A DNA stretch of 64,000 nucleotides from an uncultured Gammaproteobacteria bacterium (GTDB lineage: Bacteria; Patescibacteriota; Microgenomatia; JALYQM01): positions 1,344,826 to 1,408,825 of the forward strand of contig CAYOFQ010000001.1 of the NCBI GenBank assembly GCA_964403585.1. Reading direction: 5' to 3'. The notes below the pieces were generated by a model. The model ran no database searches. It saw only the letters and a program-made list of their open reading frames with translations, and was not told the origin of the DNA. Position 1 is the stretch's first letter, and each line of letters starts with the position of its first letter. This document shows, piece by piece, positions 1-9,883 of the stretch. A program made the position numbers and the translations under genes.

Positions 1-1
1 T

Positions 2-2560
2 CTGTGGAGATACCAGTTATACACAGACTATAACAAACATGTTGCCGAAGGAGGGTTTGCCGGATATGCAAATAATATTTATGGAAAAATCGATCCGCAA
101 GGACATCCTTCTCTCAAACAAATGCTCGGAATTGAGGCCTTTGAATTTCCCGACAATCGGGTCGCAGTAAATGACCATTCGGCCCAAATATATATGTGGG
201 GGCTAGCTGTTGCTGCCCTCGTTCTCAGCTGGCGGAAATCCAAAAAAATCACCTTTTATGGAATACTTTCACTCTATGGATTGATGAACTACACCACCGA
301 ATTGGGTATCCGATTTCCGTATCTATTTGGCCCGCTCTCAATGTTCCTGGACATTCGGACTGTCTGGATGGTCTATCGCGCCATTCTACCAATTACAGCA
401 GCTTATGGGGCGTATCTGATATGGGAATATAGTTTACTTCCCATCAGTAGCGCACTAAAACATATTGCGCCGCGAGCTCAAAAATATTGGGAAGGAATAG
501 CTAAACCGGCGATTGCCACATCTTTGGCGCTATTTATGGTTGGAGTCTTATTTTTAGCATTCGACATTGTAACACCACCTGCGATTATTCGCGGAGCAAA
601 TACAAAAAAAATCGGACCGAAAATAATTTCTTCAAACAATCTTTGGACAGATAAAAGTACAACCAATAAACAGGACGAAGAATCAATGGATAAAGCGGGA
701 ATAAAAAAGTCAGACGATTATAACCGCAAAACAATGCTCGAAGTTTGTGTCAACTTGGAAAAAGAAATCGGTAATGAAAAAATTCTTACCGATCAGACAC
801 TCTTAGGCAGAATTTGCAGACAAACATTCATTCTTAAGGAAGAACTTAAAACTGATGAGATTCAAGAGGCACAATCCTACTGTCAAAACCAGAAGATTAA
901 CACCTCAAACAAAGCCGGTCTTTGCGACGCCATGTATTTACCGCTCGCCTACCAGTTGGATAGTAATAACTGGCCAAGGCCAAACTACCACGGTATTAAA
1001 AACCCGTACGAAACAGATCAGGATCGGGGGATGTTACGTATAATTCCGGAAGATCCTCTCAACACCAGATACGATTTATCCGGATACAATGGCAAAGTTA
1101 TTACCGAATTAGCATTAAAATCTAACGTTTCTCAATCGCAGGTTTATATTAACCAGTTAAATCTCCACTCGGCGCTATGGAATTACCAGTCCTCGGTTAT
1201 GTATTCAAATCAGCCAATCAACCAAAAACCCGGCGTTATTACCGAACTAGCAAAATACTTTGGCTACGAATATATTCTTCCCGGTGGAGGAAACGATTCA
1301 CCAATTTACTTATATCAACAGGATCCAAATTGGGAGTACAAGCCCCTGGAAATTCCTACCGGAGAGCTCGACGAAGACGGGAATCCGGTGATGACTACCT
1401 ATGAATGGTGGAAATTTAAAAATCCTACCACTCTGACTACCTGGAGCACCAAACCCGCACTGCTATTTATTGGCAACAGTAAGCGATTTTTATATGATCA
1501 GTTATTTAAAATCGCCAACATTGGAGTACTTCCCTACGACACAGGTATTATTTTTGGTGGCAAAGAATATGTTGATGACTACTCCCTTGAGCAGCTTCAG
1601 AAATTTAATGCCATCTATTTGGAATGGTATAAATACCGTGACATACAAAAAGGCCACGATCTTATCGATACCTACGTTAAGAACGGTGGAAGTGTTTTTA
1701 TAGACACAGGATGGAAATATAATAGCCCTGACTGGGAAATAACCGGAGCTCCCGGATTTTTCCCAACAAATGACCTGGCCTGGAAAGAGTTCGGTTCCCG
1801 CACCACTCTCAGTTTAGACAACACCGAGATTATTAACTTTAATCCTGAAGATAATTCCGTGGGGGCACTCACAGAATTGGGTGGAAATTGGGGGGTCTCA
1901 GCACCTAAAGATATTCGCAAAGATAGCCATGTATTAATGCAAAGCAACAACATTCCATTACTTATCGCCCGGGAGTATGGAAAAGGAAAAGTAATCTGGT
2001 CAGGATACAATGCAATCCCTCATATTGAAGGATTTAAGAACGAGAACCAAAAAGAAATTTCCTTAATTAATAAATCACTGGAGTGGTTGCTTAATGGAAA
2101 ACCCAGTCAGGAATTAAATGTGTCGGTTAAACGCACCTCTCCCGACCGGATAGTATTTAATTTCAATGAAGATATTCCGGAAGTAACCACACTATACTGG
2201 CGTGAATCGTACCACCCCAAATGGAAAGCCTATCTTAAAGACACTAATAGCACCAAAACTATTGACGTGTATTCGGCCGGACCACGCCTCTCGGGAATGC
2301 GAATTCCCGCTGTGAGAAAAAACAATCAGCTGGTTTATGAGATTAGGTCAGATGCCATGGAAATTTTGCTCAAAGTACTTGCCCTGTGTACTGCTGCGCT
2401 GCTCATCTTCTATTTGGCAGGATTACTCAAGCCGGTAAAAGCATATATTAAATACTCAATCTTCAAAACTAAAGTAAAGTGGAAAGACGCTGCCGAAAAT
2501 GGCAGCAACTTCAAAGTACACGAGGATCCTAATGAAAGTATCGAAAACGGACAATCCTAG
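2..2560 (+). CDS. Large membrane protein, 5'-partial (continues upstream of window): N-terminal multi-TM region, large soluble domain, C-terminal TM anchor; possibly GT-C/YfhO-like but unassigned
   Basis: The frame has no stop from nt 2 to the listed M at 122. Hydrophobic helices in the first ~170 aa. C-terminal hydrophobic stretch ILLKVLALCTAALLIFYLAGLL. No catalytic motif recognised. Confidence 0.5.
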   Translation: MWRYQLYTDYNKHVAEGGFAGYANNIYGKIDPQGHPSLKQMLGIEAFEFPDNRVAVNDHSAQIYMWGLAVAALVLSWRKSKKITFYGILSLYGLMNYTTELGIRFPYLFGPLSMFLDIRTVWMVYRAILPITAAYGAYLIWEYSLLPISSALKHIAPRAQKYWEGIAKPAIATSLALFMVGVLFLAFDIVTPPAIIRGANTKKIGPKIISSNNLWTDKSTTNKQDEESMDKAGIKKSDDYNRKTMLEVCVNLEKEIGNEKILTDQTLLGRICRQTFILKEELKTDEIQEAQSYCQNQKINTSNKAGLCDAMYLPLAYQLDSNNWPRPNYHGIKNPYETDQDRGMLRIIPEDPLNTRYDLSGYNGKVITELALKSNVSQSQVYINQLNLHSALWNYQSSVMYSNQPINQKPGVITELAKYFGYEYILPGGGNDSPIYLYQQDPNWEYKPLEIPTGELDEDGNPVMTTYEWWKFKNPTTLTTWSTKPALLFIGNSKRFLYDQLFKIANIGVLPYDTGIIFGGKEYVDDYSLEQLQKFNAIYLEWYKYRDIQKGHDLIDTYVKNGGSVFIDTGWKYNSPDWEITGAPGFFPTNDLAWKEFGSRTTLSLDNTEIINFNPEDNSVGALTELGGNWGVSAPKDIRKDSHVLMQSNNIPLLIAREYGKGKVIWSGYNAIPHIEGFKNENQKEISLINKSLEWLLNGKPSQELNVSVKRTSPDRIVFNFNEDIPEVTTLYWRESYHPKWKAYLKDTNSTKTIDVYSAGPRLSGMRIPAVRKNNQLVYEIRSDAMEILLKVLALCTAALLIFYLAGLLKPVKAYIKYSIFKTKVKWKDAAENGSNFKVHEDPNESIENGQS

Positions 2561-3177
2561 TCCGCAATCTCATCCTCATAATCATCTTCTTCGGTAAGGA
2601 ATGCGTAGATATCACTAAAGCAAACGGTTAACGCCAGCAATGACTGCTCTATAATCACCGCATCCCTGTTCCAGTTAAACGCTGAATCATCAGACATACT
2701 TTCCAGTAAGAAAGTCTGCAAGTATATTTCTGAGGGAATAGTGTTATAAATATCTTCAATTTGAACTTCCGTCAATTGCTCATCAACAAGACCCAAGTCA
2801 TATTTTTCGGCAAAAGACTCAATTGTCAGGGCAAACACCATTTTCGCAAAAGAAGAATAGGCCTTTTTAGTAAAATACTCCCGGGTTAATATTCCTACTT
2901 GCTCCAGGCTTTTACGCTCATACTCAGTAACCAAATCATCCTCTGAGGTGTCTGAAAAGGAGGAGAAAATATCCATAACTCTATTCAATCCTCCTTCAAG
3001 ATTGAGTTTCTTGTACTCAATATCCAGGTCAAGCGGGTCAAGCATCCGCAGTATCGCCGTCTTGTGCATTTCAGCATCATGTGTCGTAGTGAAAACACGG
3101 AGATAATCGCGAAATTCATTCAATTCCATAAGAATAAAATATACCAGAAACAGTCTTCGCTGTATACCCGTCAGCAA
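2557..3177 (-). CDS. Hypothetical acidic protein
   Basis: 206-aa ORF with a very acidic C-terminus (EEDDYEDEIAD). No recognisable motif. A terminator hairpin lies directly upstream. Confidence 0.4.
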   Translation of the reverse strand: MLTGIQRRLFLVYFILMELNEFRDYLRVFTTTHDAEMHKTAILRMLDPLDLDIEYKKLNLEGGLNRVMDIFSSFSDTSEDDLVTEYERKSLEQVGILTREYFTKKAYSSFAKMVFALTIESFAEKYDLGLVDEQLTEVQIEDIYNTIPSEIYLQTFLLESMSDDSAFNWNRDAVIIEQSLLALTVCFSDIYAFLTEEDDYEDEIAD

Positions 3178-3202
3178 AAAGCCCTCAATAAGAGGGCCTT
3201 TT
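3176..3202 (-). terminator. Rho-independent terminator hairpin (GCCCTC-AATAA-GAGGGC) flanked by A-run and T-run; terminates the 3227..4450 minus-strand gene
   Basis: 6-bp GC stem (extendable to ~11 bp with one mismatch) at 3181..3197, with TTTT on both strands. Sits immediately 3' of the minus-strand stop at 3227. Confidence 0.6.
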
Positions 3203-3226
3203 AGGAGTATCCGAGCTCAAACAGTA

Positions 3227-4450
3227 TTATTGGGCACACCACGCCTCACTGGCTTTCTGAAGGACACCATTCGCCGAAGCCGCGGTAAAAGTTGCATTTT
3301 TGGAAGCTGCAACTGTTCGGTCAAGTCCAAAGAACGGATTGCTTCCGAAAAGCAAATTGACGTTACGTACAGACACCAGCTGTACCTGTAACGAAACATT
3401 AGGTGGAGTATTTACAAAATTTTGGACATTCCAGGTTCCTCGCAGTAAAGTAACCGCATCCAATTTGTCGGTCCGTACTTGCGTATTATTGTTAATCAAA
3501 GTTGCCGTACACGCTGTCCGACGGAAAACAGAAAACAGTGGCAGCACTTCACCTGCCGGCGTTGGGCTGGGGCTCACAGTCGGTACCGGTGTTGCCGTTA
3601 TTACCGGAGTCGCAGTCGGAACAACCGTGGGGCTAACTGTCGGTACGGCTGTTGGAGTAGCCGACGCCGTGACTGTTGGAACTACGGTTGGACTTGCTGT
3701 TGCAGTAGCCGTCGGCACAATTGTGGGTGTTATCGTAGGTACAACAGTTGGACTTGCAGTTGGCGTAGCGGAAGGTGAAGCTGTTACGGTCGGAGCCACC
3801 GTTGGCGTAACTGTCGGTACCGGAGTCGGAGTTGCGGTCATTGTTGGAGTTATAGTGGGACTGGCTGTAGGTGTTGCGGTTGGCGATTCAGTCGGAGCAA
3901 TTGTCGGTGATGCGGTAGCAGTTGGCACCACTGTCGGTGAAGCCGAAGGCGTCGCAGTTATCACAGGTGAAGCTGTTACAACCGGTGTAGCGGTAGCAGT
4001 TGCCGTCGGACTGGCACTGGCAGTTGAAGTAGGTGTTGCAGTGGCCGTAACTGTCGGTGTCGCAAAAGGAGTTGGTGTAACGAATGACGGGAAAATAGTT
4101 AAGTATCCGGAAATAGTCGCATCCAAGCGGTAGACAAAATTACCTTCGGTATTAAATTTGCGTGACAGAGTTCTACCGGCAGTAGAAGTTGAAACTTTTG
4201 GTGATAACATGTCTCCAACTATCAAAGAACTGTCAGTTGCCGACAGGATATCCAATCGATGAGCAACAGTGTCATTATTTAACCAGACTACTGTATCACC
4301 GGCATTGGCGATCGAAATATCTGTCGAAAAGGCATTATTCGAAATAGTAATCGTCTTCGTAGCTGCGTTGGTTGGAAGGCTGGAATTAAGGTATAAACCA
4401 AAAAAGGCTACGCCAACACTTCCTCCGATCAGAAGATTTTTGAGTTTCAT
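3227..4450 (-). CDS. Secreted protein: signal peptide, cupredoxin-like N-domain lacking Cu ligands, ~200-aa Pro/Thr/Ala/Val low-complexity linker, C-terminal unknown domain
   Basis: N-terminus MKLKNLLIGGSVGVAFFGLYL...NAAT looks like a signal peptide. ITISNNAFSTDISIANAGDTVVWLNNDTVAHRL resembles the plastocyanin/pseudoazurin beta-sandwich entry motif, but the Cys/His/Met ligands are absent. Long (TPTATATATP...) repeat follows. The plus-strand ORF 3300..4133 is its GV-rich antisense shadow. Confidence 0.6.
   Translation of the reverse strand: MKLKNLLIGGSVGVAFFGLYLNSSLPTNAATKTITISNNAFSTDISIANAGDTVVWLNNDTVAHRLDILSATDSSLIVGDMLSPKVSTSTAGRTLSRKFNTEGNFVYRLDATISGYLTIFPSFVTPTPFATPTVTATATPTSTASASPTATATATPVVTASPVITATPSASPTVVPTATASPTIAPTESPTATPTASPTITPTMTATPTPVPTVTPTVAPTVTASPSATPTASPTVVPTITPTIVPTATATASPTVVPTVTASATPTAVPTVSPTVVPTATPVITATPVPTVSPSPTPAGEVLPLFSVFRRTACTATLINNNTQVRTDKLDAVTLLRGTWNVQNFVNTPPNVSLQVQLVSVRNVNLLFGSNPFFGLDRTVAASKNATFTAASANGVLQKASEAWCAQ
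3545..4085 (-). repeat. Tandem low-complexity coding repeat (Pro/Thr/Ala/Val linker) inside the 3227..4450 gene
   Basis: Repetitive GTnGGnACnGTnGG-type units on the plus strand. They translate to a PT-rich linker on the minus strand. Confidence 0.6.
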
Positions 4451-4513
4451 AGAGTTCTCCTTCTAATAATAAAAGATTAATAACTCTACTGTAGATGGAG
4501 AAAAACACCAGTG

Positions 4514-4828
4514 TCAAGTATGTCTAAATGATATAAAAAGCAAAATGAGGAAGAAAACAAACGCGACAATTAATACTTTCCAGTACGTAACCAGGCTTGC
4601 CACATAATAGAAAATTATTTGTAAAAATACATTGAATAGACCGGGAAGATAAAAGATAAAAAGTATAATAATTGCCGACACCACAAAAGTCCCGATAAAA
4701 AGTGTCAGCAAATTGGTACGGATAATTTCTCTCTTAAGATTAATTTGATCAGGATCAGATTGTGCTACAATATCCGGATCCGAAAGATCCTTTATATATT
4801 CTAATGTGGTTCGATCTAGTTTAAACAT
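4514..4828 (-). CDS. Small integral membrane protein (3 predicted TM helices)
   Basis: 104-aa ORF dominated by three hydrophobic segments. Confidence 0.4.
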   Translation of the reverse strand: MFKLDRTTLEYIKDLSDPDIVAQSDPDQINLKREIIRTNLLTLFIGTFVVSAIIILFIFYLPGLFNVFLQIIFYYVASLVTYWKVLIVAFVFFLILLFISFRHT

Positions 4829-4853
4829 AACTGGCCTTAGTATAATCAGTGTA

Positions 4854-6275
4854 ATGACAGAGGTAAAGATGAACAGTGCCCCGAATTCAAGAGCAAAAAA
4901 AACGCTCCGCTTTGTTTACTACACAACGATATCAATACTGGCTTTTACGATCCTGATCTTTCTATTCCTGCTCCTGTTTCCCAAATTACCGATTAGTCAT
5001 GGACCAATAGCCAAGTTTCAGGCATATACATACTCTACACGAAAAATTCTTCTGTACAGTATCAGTTCAAAAAAAGAAAGCACTATTGTCAAAGACAATG
5101 CAAAATCAACCGTAAAAGAAATAGTACATATCCGAAGTAAAAATAAGTACCTGTATACCGGTGGCCATTATACAGATTTCTATATCCGGAATCTCGGTAC
5201 ATTCGCTAATAAGTTAGTTAATGCCACAGCTGCCGACTCGGCTGAAGAATGGATTGAACGGTTATCCCTGATTGAGCGGTCAACAGATCTCGCACTCAGT
5301 GTTTTTCAGTCGTATAATCAAATTACTACTACTATAGTTCAACTGGAAAACGGTAAATATGTCCCCATTAATATCTATGCTCAACCATCAGACAGTCTCC
5401 CCTCCCTATTACGCATACTTCATCAATTGAATAACTTGGATCAGCAAGTAACACATTTCCCTATATCCACAGAACAACAAACACGCATCCACGAAATTCA
5501 GCGACTCAGTAGGCAACGCACCAGCCAATATAGTGAATTCTTAAAAGAAAAATCAGACGAATATGTTACTGAATTTACGGACAGCACCGGGCTGATTAAA
5601 AAAGATATTGTCTTAAGCGGCATAAAGGATGCCTGGATTCGTAAATCATCACTCTACGACAATGTAATGCTTTTCGCTGTATATAAGTATAATGACGAAT
5701 TAAATCTGCACTCCGGATGGGGAGCCAAAGCCGACCAAATAAAATCACTGTTACTCACAGAAAGATGGGATGGTACGTCAGGCATATTCTATGATGAAGC
5801 ACCTGAAAGTAAATTTAACTATTTTTCAGCGGATAATCTCATCACTTTCGAGATGGGCATGCTTTCAGCGTCAAACCCGCAGGATCGACCATATTTGGAA
5901 TCCATAGTTGCGTATATTCAGAAGAAACAATTGGATCAGCCATTCCCTTTGAAAACAACCGAACTTCGTATCCCATCGAAAGAACATCTCCCGGTACGTA
6001 TTTTCGCCCCCAACTATATTGGTACCACCATTTGGAGCTATTGGGGCATGTTATATATTGACCTACTCACTGAACTCAACCAAAATGAAAAGGCCGCCAA
6101 AGATTTAACCTTCTACTCACAGAACATTCAGAAATATAACGGCTTTCCTGAGCTGTATGCACCTGACGGAACAATCTATAAAACACCGTTTTATCACTCG
6201 GTCAACGATATGATTTGGGGAATTTACTACCTCTATTTAGATAACAAGCTAACTTTCCAGAATAATCGGCAATAA
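4854..6275 (+). CDS. Hypothetical protein with N-terminal TM helix; C-terminal region weakly reminiscent of (alpha/alpha)6-barrel glycosidase-like enzymes (GDE_C/GH63-like)
   Basis: ORF from 4806. The likely start is ATG 4854 (TATAAT at 4841..4846, leaderless) or ATG 4869 (GAGGT SD). TM helix ISILAFTILIFLFLLLF. Motifs IWSYWGMLYIDLL and GFPELYAPDG; the glycosidase assignment is tentative. Confidence 0.35.
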   Translation: MTEVKMNSAPNSRAKKTLRFVYYTTISILAFTILIFLFLLLFPKLPISHGPIAKFQAYTYSTRKILLYSISSKKESTIVKDNAKSTVKEIVHIRSKNKYLYTGGHYTDFYIRNLGTFANKLVNATAADSAEEWIERLSLIERSTDLALSVFQSYNQITTTIVQLENGKYVPINIYAQPSDSLPSLLRILHQLNNLDQQVTHFPISTEQQTRIHEIQRLSRQRTSQYSEFLKEKSDEYVTEFTDSTGLIKKDIVLSGIKDAWIRKSSLYDNVMLFAVYKYNDELNLHSGWGAKADQIKSLLLTERWDGTSGIFYDEAPESKFNYFSADNLITFEMGMLSASNPQDRPYLESIVAYIQKKQLDQPFPLKTTELRIPSKEHLPVRIFAPNYIGTTIWSYWGMLYIDLLTELNQNEKAAKDLTFYSQNIQKYNGFPELYAPDGTIYKTPFYHSVNDMIWGIYYLYLDNKLTFQNNRQ

Positions 6276-6887
6276 TTCAGAAGGATGATTGATTAGGTGA
6301 TCAGGAGATAATTTCTCAAGTGCCTCAACGGCATTGAACCCCCATGAAACAGAAACTATCTGAATACCAGCCCCCCGCGCAGCTTCGATATCTCGTGTTT
6401 CATCACCCACGTACATAACATCTTGTGCAAAAAGCCCTTTTTTCTTCATTAGATTTTTTAAAACCCGCGACTTGCCAAATAAATCTTTTTCACTATATAT
6501 AAAATCGAATAAGTCTATGTTATTTTTCTTGACAAACTCCTCTATCGTATCTACCTTATTTGAAGACACTATACCGACAACATAGCCTTCTTTTTTTAAA
6601 TCCTGCAACATCTCAGAGATACCATCAAATAATTCCAAATCACTGATTTTCTTTCCTAACGCTTCCTTAACAGTAAACAAAAGCTTCGGGATCCGCCAAA
6701 TCGGAATTTTGAAAATTTTAATTATATCCTGTGCCCGCTTATGCCGCAGTGCCGAGATGAGTTCAATACCGAGTGGTTCATATCCGTATTCATGCGCTAA
6801 ACTGTTTACAATCTCGACCACCGTGGAAAAGGTGTCTGCCAGAGTACCGTCGAAATCAAAGATGATAACTTTCTTATTTTGTGCCAT
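6249..6887 (-). CDS. HAD-superfamily hydrolase (phosphoglycolate phosphatase-like)
   Basis: N-terminal HAD motif I (VIIFDFDGTLADT). HAD motif III (GDETRDIEAARGAG). 212 aa. Confidence 0.8.
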   Translation of the reverse strand: MAQNKKVIIFDFDGTLADTFSTVVEIVNSLAHEYGYEPLGIELISALRHKRAQDIIKIFKIPIWRIPKLLFTVKEALGKKISDLELFDGISEMLQDLKKEGYVVGIVSSNKVDTIEEFVKKNNIDLFDFIYSEKDLFGKSRVLKNLMKKKGLFAQDVMYVGDETRDIEAARGAGIQIVSVSWGFNAVEALEKLSPDHLINHPSELLPIILES

Positions 6888-8010
6888 AAACCAGTCGTAT
6901 CTTAATAAGAGGATACAGGCTTGTAACGAGTAAAATCAACACAGTAAGAACAATTAACGGAAAGAAGCTGTGGTCAGCAATAATCAGCCCTCCAACCAGA
7001 GTATATAAAGACTGTCCTATCCGAACTAGAACACTTTTGAATGAAAGGACACTGGCACGTGCCCGGGAAGTGATAGTCTCATTGATCAGCACATCCAGCT
7101 GTGTTTCAATATACCCCCTAAAAAGATACGTCAGCCAAAATCCACCGATGGCAATGGCCGGAATCCACACGATTCCAAGTAACGACAATACCCCGACAAA
7201 AAGCAAGAATGTAAACAATAATTCTATATGAGAAAATGACTTATACAATCGAATACCTAAAGCGGAGAATAAAACCGAAATACTGATAAATATTCCCCAC
7301 CACGGCAACGGTAAATGAATTTCTTCAAAAAAAGGATTAAAAAAGAATTTAAAACTAATAATAAATATTCCGACAAACGTTGAGGGAATAAACAAGTACA
7401 ACAATTTCCCGTTGTTAAACACATGCTGCACACCTTCCTTCGCTGTAGCAAAAATATTTCCCTCACCTTCTCTCTGTTCATACCCGTAAGAACCTCTGGT
7501 TAAAAAAAGTAATACTGTTGAAATAAGAAAAAAGAGCGAAGTTAAATACAACGGAAACCGCAAGTCATATGCTCCAACAATCCCGCCGACTGCCGCAGCA
7601 ATGGAGGTCATAATTAAACCCCACATTTTTACCTGAGCATAATCATTTTTGAAGTCCTTCGATACATTATGCAGCAGCGCCGTATCGCTTCCGGAAGTTA
7701 GCGTAAAAGCGATCGAGCTCACCGCAAGCAGAAAACCGTAATAATAAACGTTACCCTGAAAAGTCTGTAAAAACATACAAATAGCGGATAGCAGATATCC
7801 GATAATTAACGATATCTTAGGCGAAAAATAATCGGCAATTACTCCGGTAGGATATTCAAAAACAAAAGCACAGATTGAATAAAAGCTCAGCAGAAAAAAT
7901 ACTTGTTCGGTTGGTATATGTCGCCATTCAAAATAAACTACCAATGTAGCAAACCAAAACTGACAGTTAGCAAAAATGTCAGAAAGTTTAATTTTGAACA
8001 AATCTGTCAT
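6874..8010 (-). CDS. MFS-type transporter (multi-pass membrane protein)
   Basis: 378 aa with ~10-12 hydrophobic helices. An MFS-like loop region (GVIADYFSPK). Overlaps the HAD gene start by 14 nt, suggesting an operon. Confidence 0.55.
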   Translation of the reverse strand: MTDLFKIKLSDIFANCQFWFATLVVYFEWRHIPTEQVFFLLSFYSICAFVFEYPTGVIADYFSPKISLIIGYLLSAICMFLQTFQGNVYYYGFLLAVSSIAFTLTSGSDTALLHNVSKDFKNDYAQVKMWGLIMTSIAAAVGGIVGAYDLRFPLYLTSLFFLISTVLLFLTRGSYGYEQREGEGNIFATAKEGVQHVFNNGKLLYLFIPSTFVGIFIISFKFFFNPFFEEIHLPLPWWGIFISISVLFSALGIRLYKSFSHIELLFTFLLFVGVLSLLGIVWIPAIAIGGFWLTYLFRGYIETQLDVLINETITSRARASVLSFKSVLVRIGQSLYTLVGGLIIADHSFFPLIVLTVLILLVTSLYPLIKIRLVYGTK

Positions 8011-8027
8011 AAATACGGTATAGTGAG

Positions 8028-9800
8028 CTATTCCTTCTTACCTTGCATGGAATATAGTTCTTGAACCTCTACAACGTTAGTTGCATCCTCGGGTCGCTTA
8101 TCGGCATCCCTAAATGAAACTAAACGGGGGAACCGTAACGCATACCCCGGCTCTGTTTCACTTTTACCTGCGGTATGTAACGGTGAACGGGTAATCTCAT
8201 CAGCAAGCACTTCTATAACCACCTCCGGCTCCACCCAAACCGAAGGTATAATGTCTGATTCAACCCGGGCAGGTTTGTCTTTAGACATAAACTGATCACA
8301 TCGTTCCCGTACCGCCACCCACTCCGCATCGCTCAAACCTGTTCCAATTTTCGAAATAGACACAAACACATCCTTATCTTTATCATAGACACCAACTAAT
8401 AAGGCTCCTACCCCAAACGCCACCCGTTTTCCGCGACCGTAAATATATCCAAGCACTACACAGTCAACAGTATCTTTAAGTTGCTCAGAAGCAGTGTGCT
8501 TTAATTTAATCCAGTTAAAGTTACGGGCACCTGCTTCATAGGGAGACGCTATCTTCTTTATTACTAATCCTTCCAATCCTTTTGTTAAAGCTTCCTCGAG
8601 CATTAAGGCCAACGGCTTTGCCTCACTAATAAACCGGGACTCTGAAACAATCAGAGTGTCTACCCGATTAGGGTCAACATTCTTCTTCACGGTTGCATCC
8701 AGAATTTCCAGGCGTTCACGTACCGGTAAATCAACCAGTGATTTACCGTTCTTATAGAGAATATCAAAGACAAATGCCCGCAGAGGTAACGCCTGAGCCA
8801 TTTCTTCAATCCCGTACTTTCTGCGCCGTTTGGTAGTCTCCTGAAAAGGAAAAAATTCTTCAGACTCCGGATGATACGCTAATGCTTCCGAATCGAGGAT
8901 TACAGAATCAGCATCAATTTGATCAAGCAGTCCTTTGATTAATTCGGGAAACGCGTGCGTAGTTTCCTCAAGGTTTCGTGAATACAACTTTACAATCCCG
9001 GATTTCCGGTCTAAATGCATTTGTGTACGAAATCCGTCATATTTAAACTGCGAAACAACAGTCCCCATTTTTTCGATTGTTTTTTCAGCGTTAGGTAAAC
9101 GCTCACATAGCTCCGAACGAAGTGGTCTGCCAACACTAACCGTCATTTTCTGTACTGCAGCGAGAGCCTTTTCACCTTCATGCCGCCATAGAGCTTCAGC
9201 TATCAGACCTAGGTCACTTGCTTCGTTATACGCTTTCTCCAGATCTTTGCGGTATTTCCTATCACCTAAACGAGCATTTGACAATGCTTCCAAAACGGTT
9301 GGATCTCCAATCCCAAGTCGTAAGCGGCCTGACACAATTCGAACTGCAAACTTTGCTGCATTCGGGTCACTGTGTTGTAAAATTTCGGCTAAAACCGCAA
9401 CTTTACCTTCAACTGACCCTTCACCGCTGGTCTGAGCTATTTTCTGCAGTTGCTCAAACAACTCGTCAACAGATAAACTTTTTGGCCGTTTACCGATTTT
9501 TATGGCCATATCCTCAGCTACCAGACCAAGATCTCCTAACTTGCCGTAGTGTGAGTGTACACTTTCAATCTCACCATCATACGCCTGCGTAATTGCCCGC
9601 TCTATTAATCGATCACCCATCCCGAACTCAATTGGCTCGTAGAAAGCTGCTACTCTCCCCTGGATGAGATAGGTTATTTTCTTGGCCTCCTCGGACGTCT
9701 CAATAGATATAAATAAGCTGGATAAGATATCAATAAGCTCAAGCCGTTTTGTCGTTGACTCGAGTTTTAAAAAAAATTGTGCCAGATCCTTAAAAGTCAT
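8028..9800 (-). CDS. lig: ATP-dependent DNA ligase (Lig1/archaeal-eukaryal type)
   Basis: Adenylation motif I KYDGFR (FKYDGFRTQMH). Motif III ILDSEAL, motif IV EGLVIKK, motif V NWIKLK. 590 aa. Confidence 0.85.
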   Translation of the reverse strand: MTFKDLAQFFLKLESTTKRLELIDILSSLFISIETSEEAKKITYLIQGRVAAFYEPIEFGMGDRLIERAITQAYDGEIESVHSHYGKLGDLGLVAEDMAIKIGKRPKSLSVDELFEQLQKIAQTSGEGSVEGKVAVLAEILQHSDPNAAKFAVRIVSGRLRLGIGDPTVLEALSNARLGDRKYRKDLEKAYNEASDLGLIAEALWRHEGEKALAAVQKMTVSVGRPLRSELCERLPNAEKTIEKMGTVVSQFKYDGFRTQMHLDRKSGIVKLYSRNLEETTHAFPELIKGLLDQIDADSVILDSEALAYHPESEEFFPFQETTKRRRKYGIEEMAQALPLRAFVFDILYKNGKSLVDLPVRERLEILDATVKKNVDPNRVDTLIVSESRFISEAKPLALMLEEALTKGLEGLVIKKIASPYEAGARNFNWIKLKHTASEQLKDTVDCVVLGYIYGRGKRVAFGVGALLVGVYDKDKDVFVSISKIGTGLSDAEWVAVRERCDQFMSKDKPARVESDIIPSVWVEPEVVIEVLADEITRSPLHTAGKSETEPGYALRFPRLVSFRDADKRPEDATNVVEVQELYSMQGKKE

Positions 9801-9820
9801 ATATGCACAATTGTACTATA

Positions 9821-9857
9821 AGATAAAAAAATACTCTACTAAGGGCAGAGTATTTTT
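9821..9857 (-). terminator. Rho-independent terminator (10-11 bp stem AAAATACTCT/AGAGTATTTT, 9-nt loop) followed by a U7 run on the minus strand
   Basis: Perfect inverted repeat 9828..9837 / 9847..9856. The A7 run at 9825..9831 gives the U-tract on the minus strand. Located 3' of the small ORF 9884..9964. Confidence 0.6.
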
Positions 9858-9883
9858 AAGTAAGAAACAGTGTTAAGAAGAGA

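Noticed and set aside
3300-4133. 277-aa Gly/Val/Ala-rich plus-strand ORF
   Set aside because: It is the antisense reading of the PT-repeat linker of the 3227..4450 gene. It has no SD or start context, and its low-complexity composition mirrors the codon repeats.
8935-9592. Plus-strand ORFs of 166 aa and 124 aa
   Set aside because: They are embedded antisense within the motif-supported ATP-dependent ligase gene.
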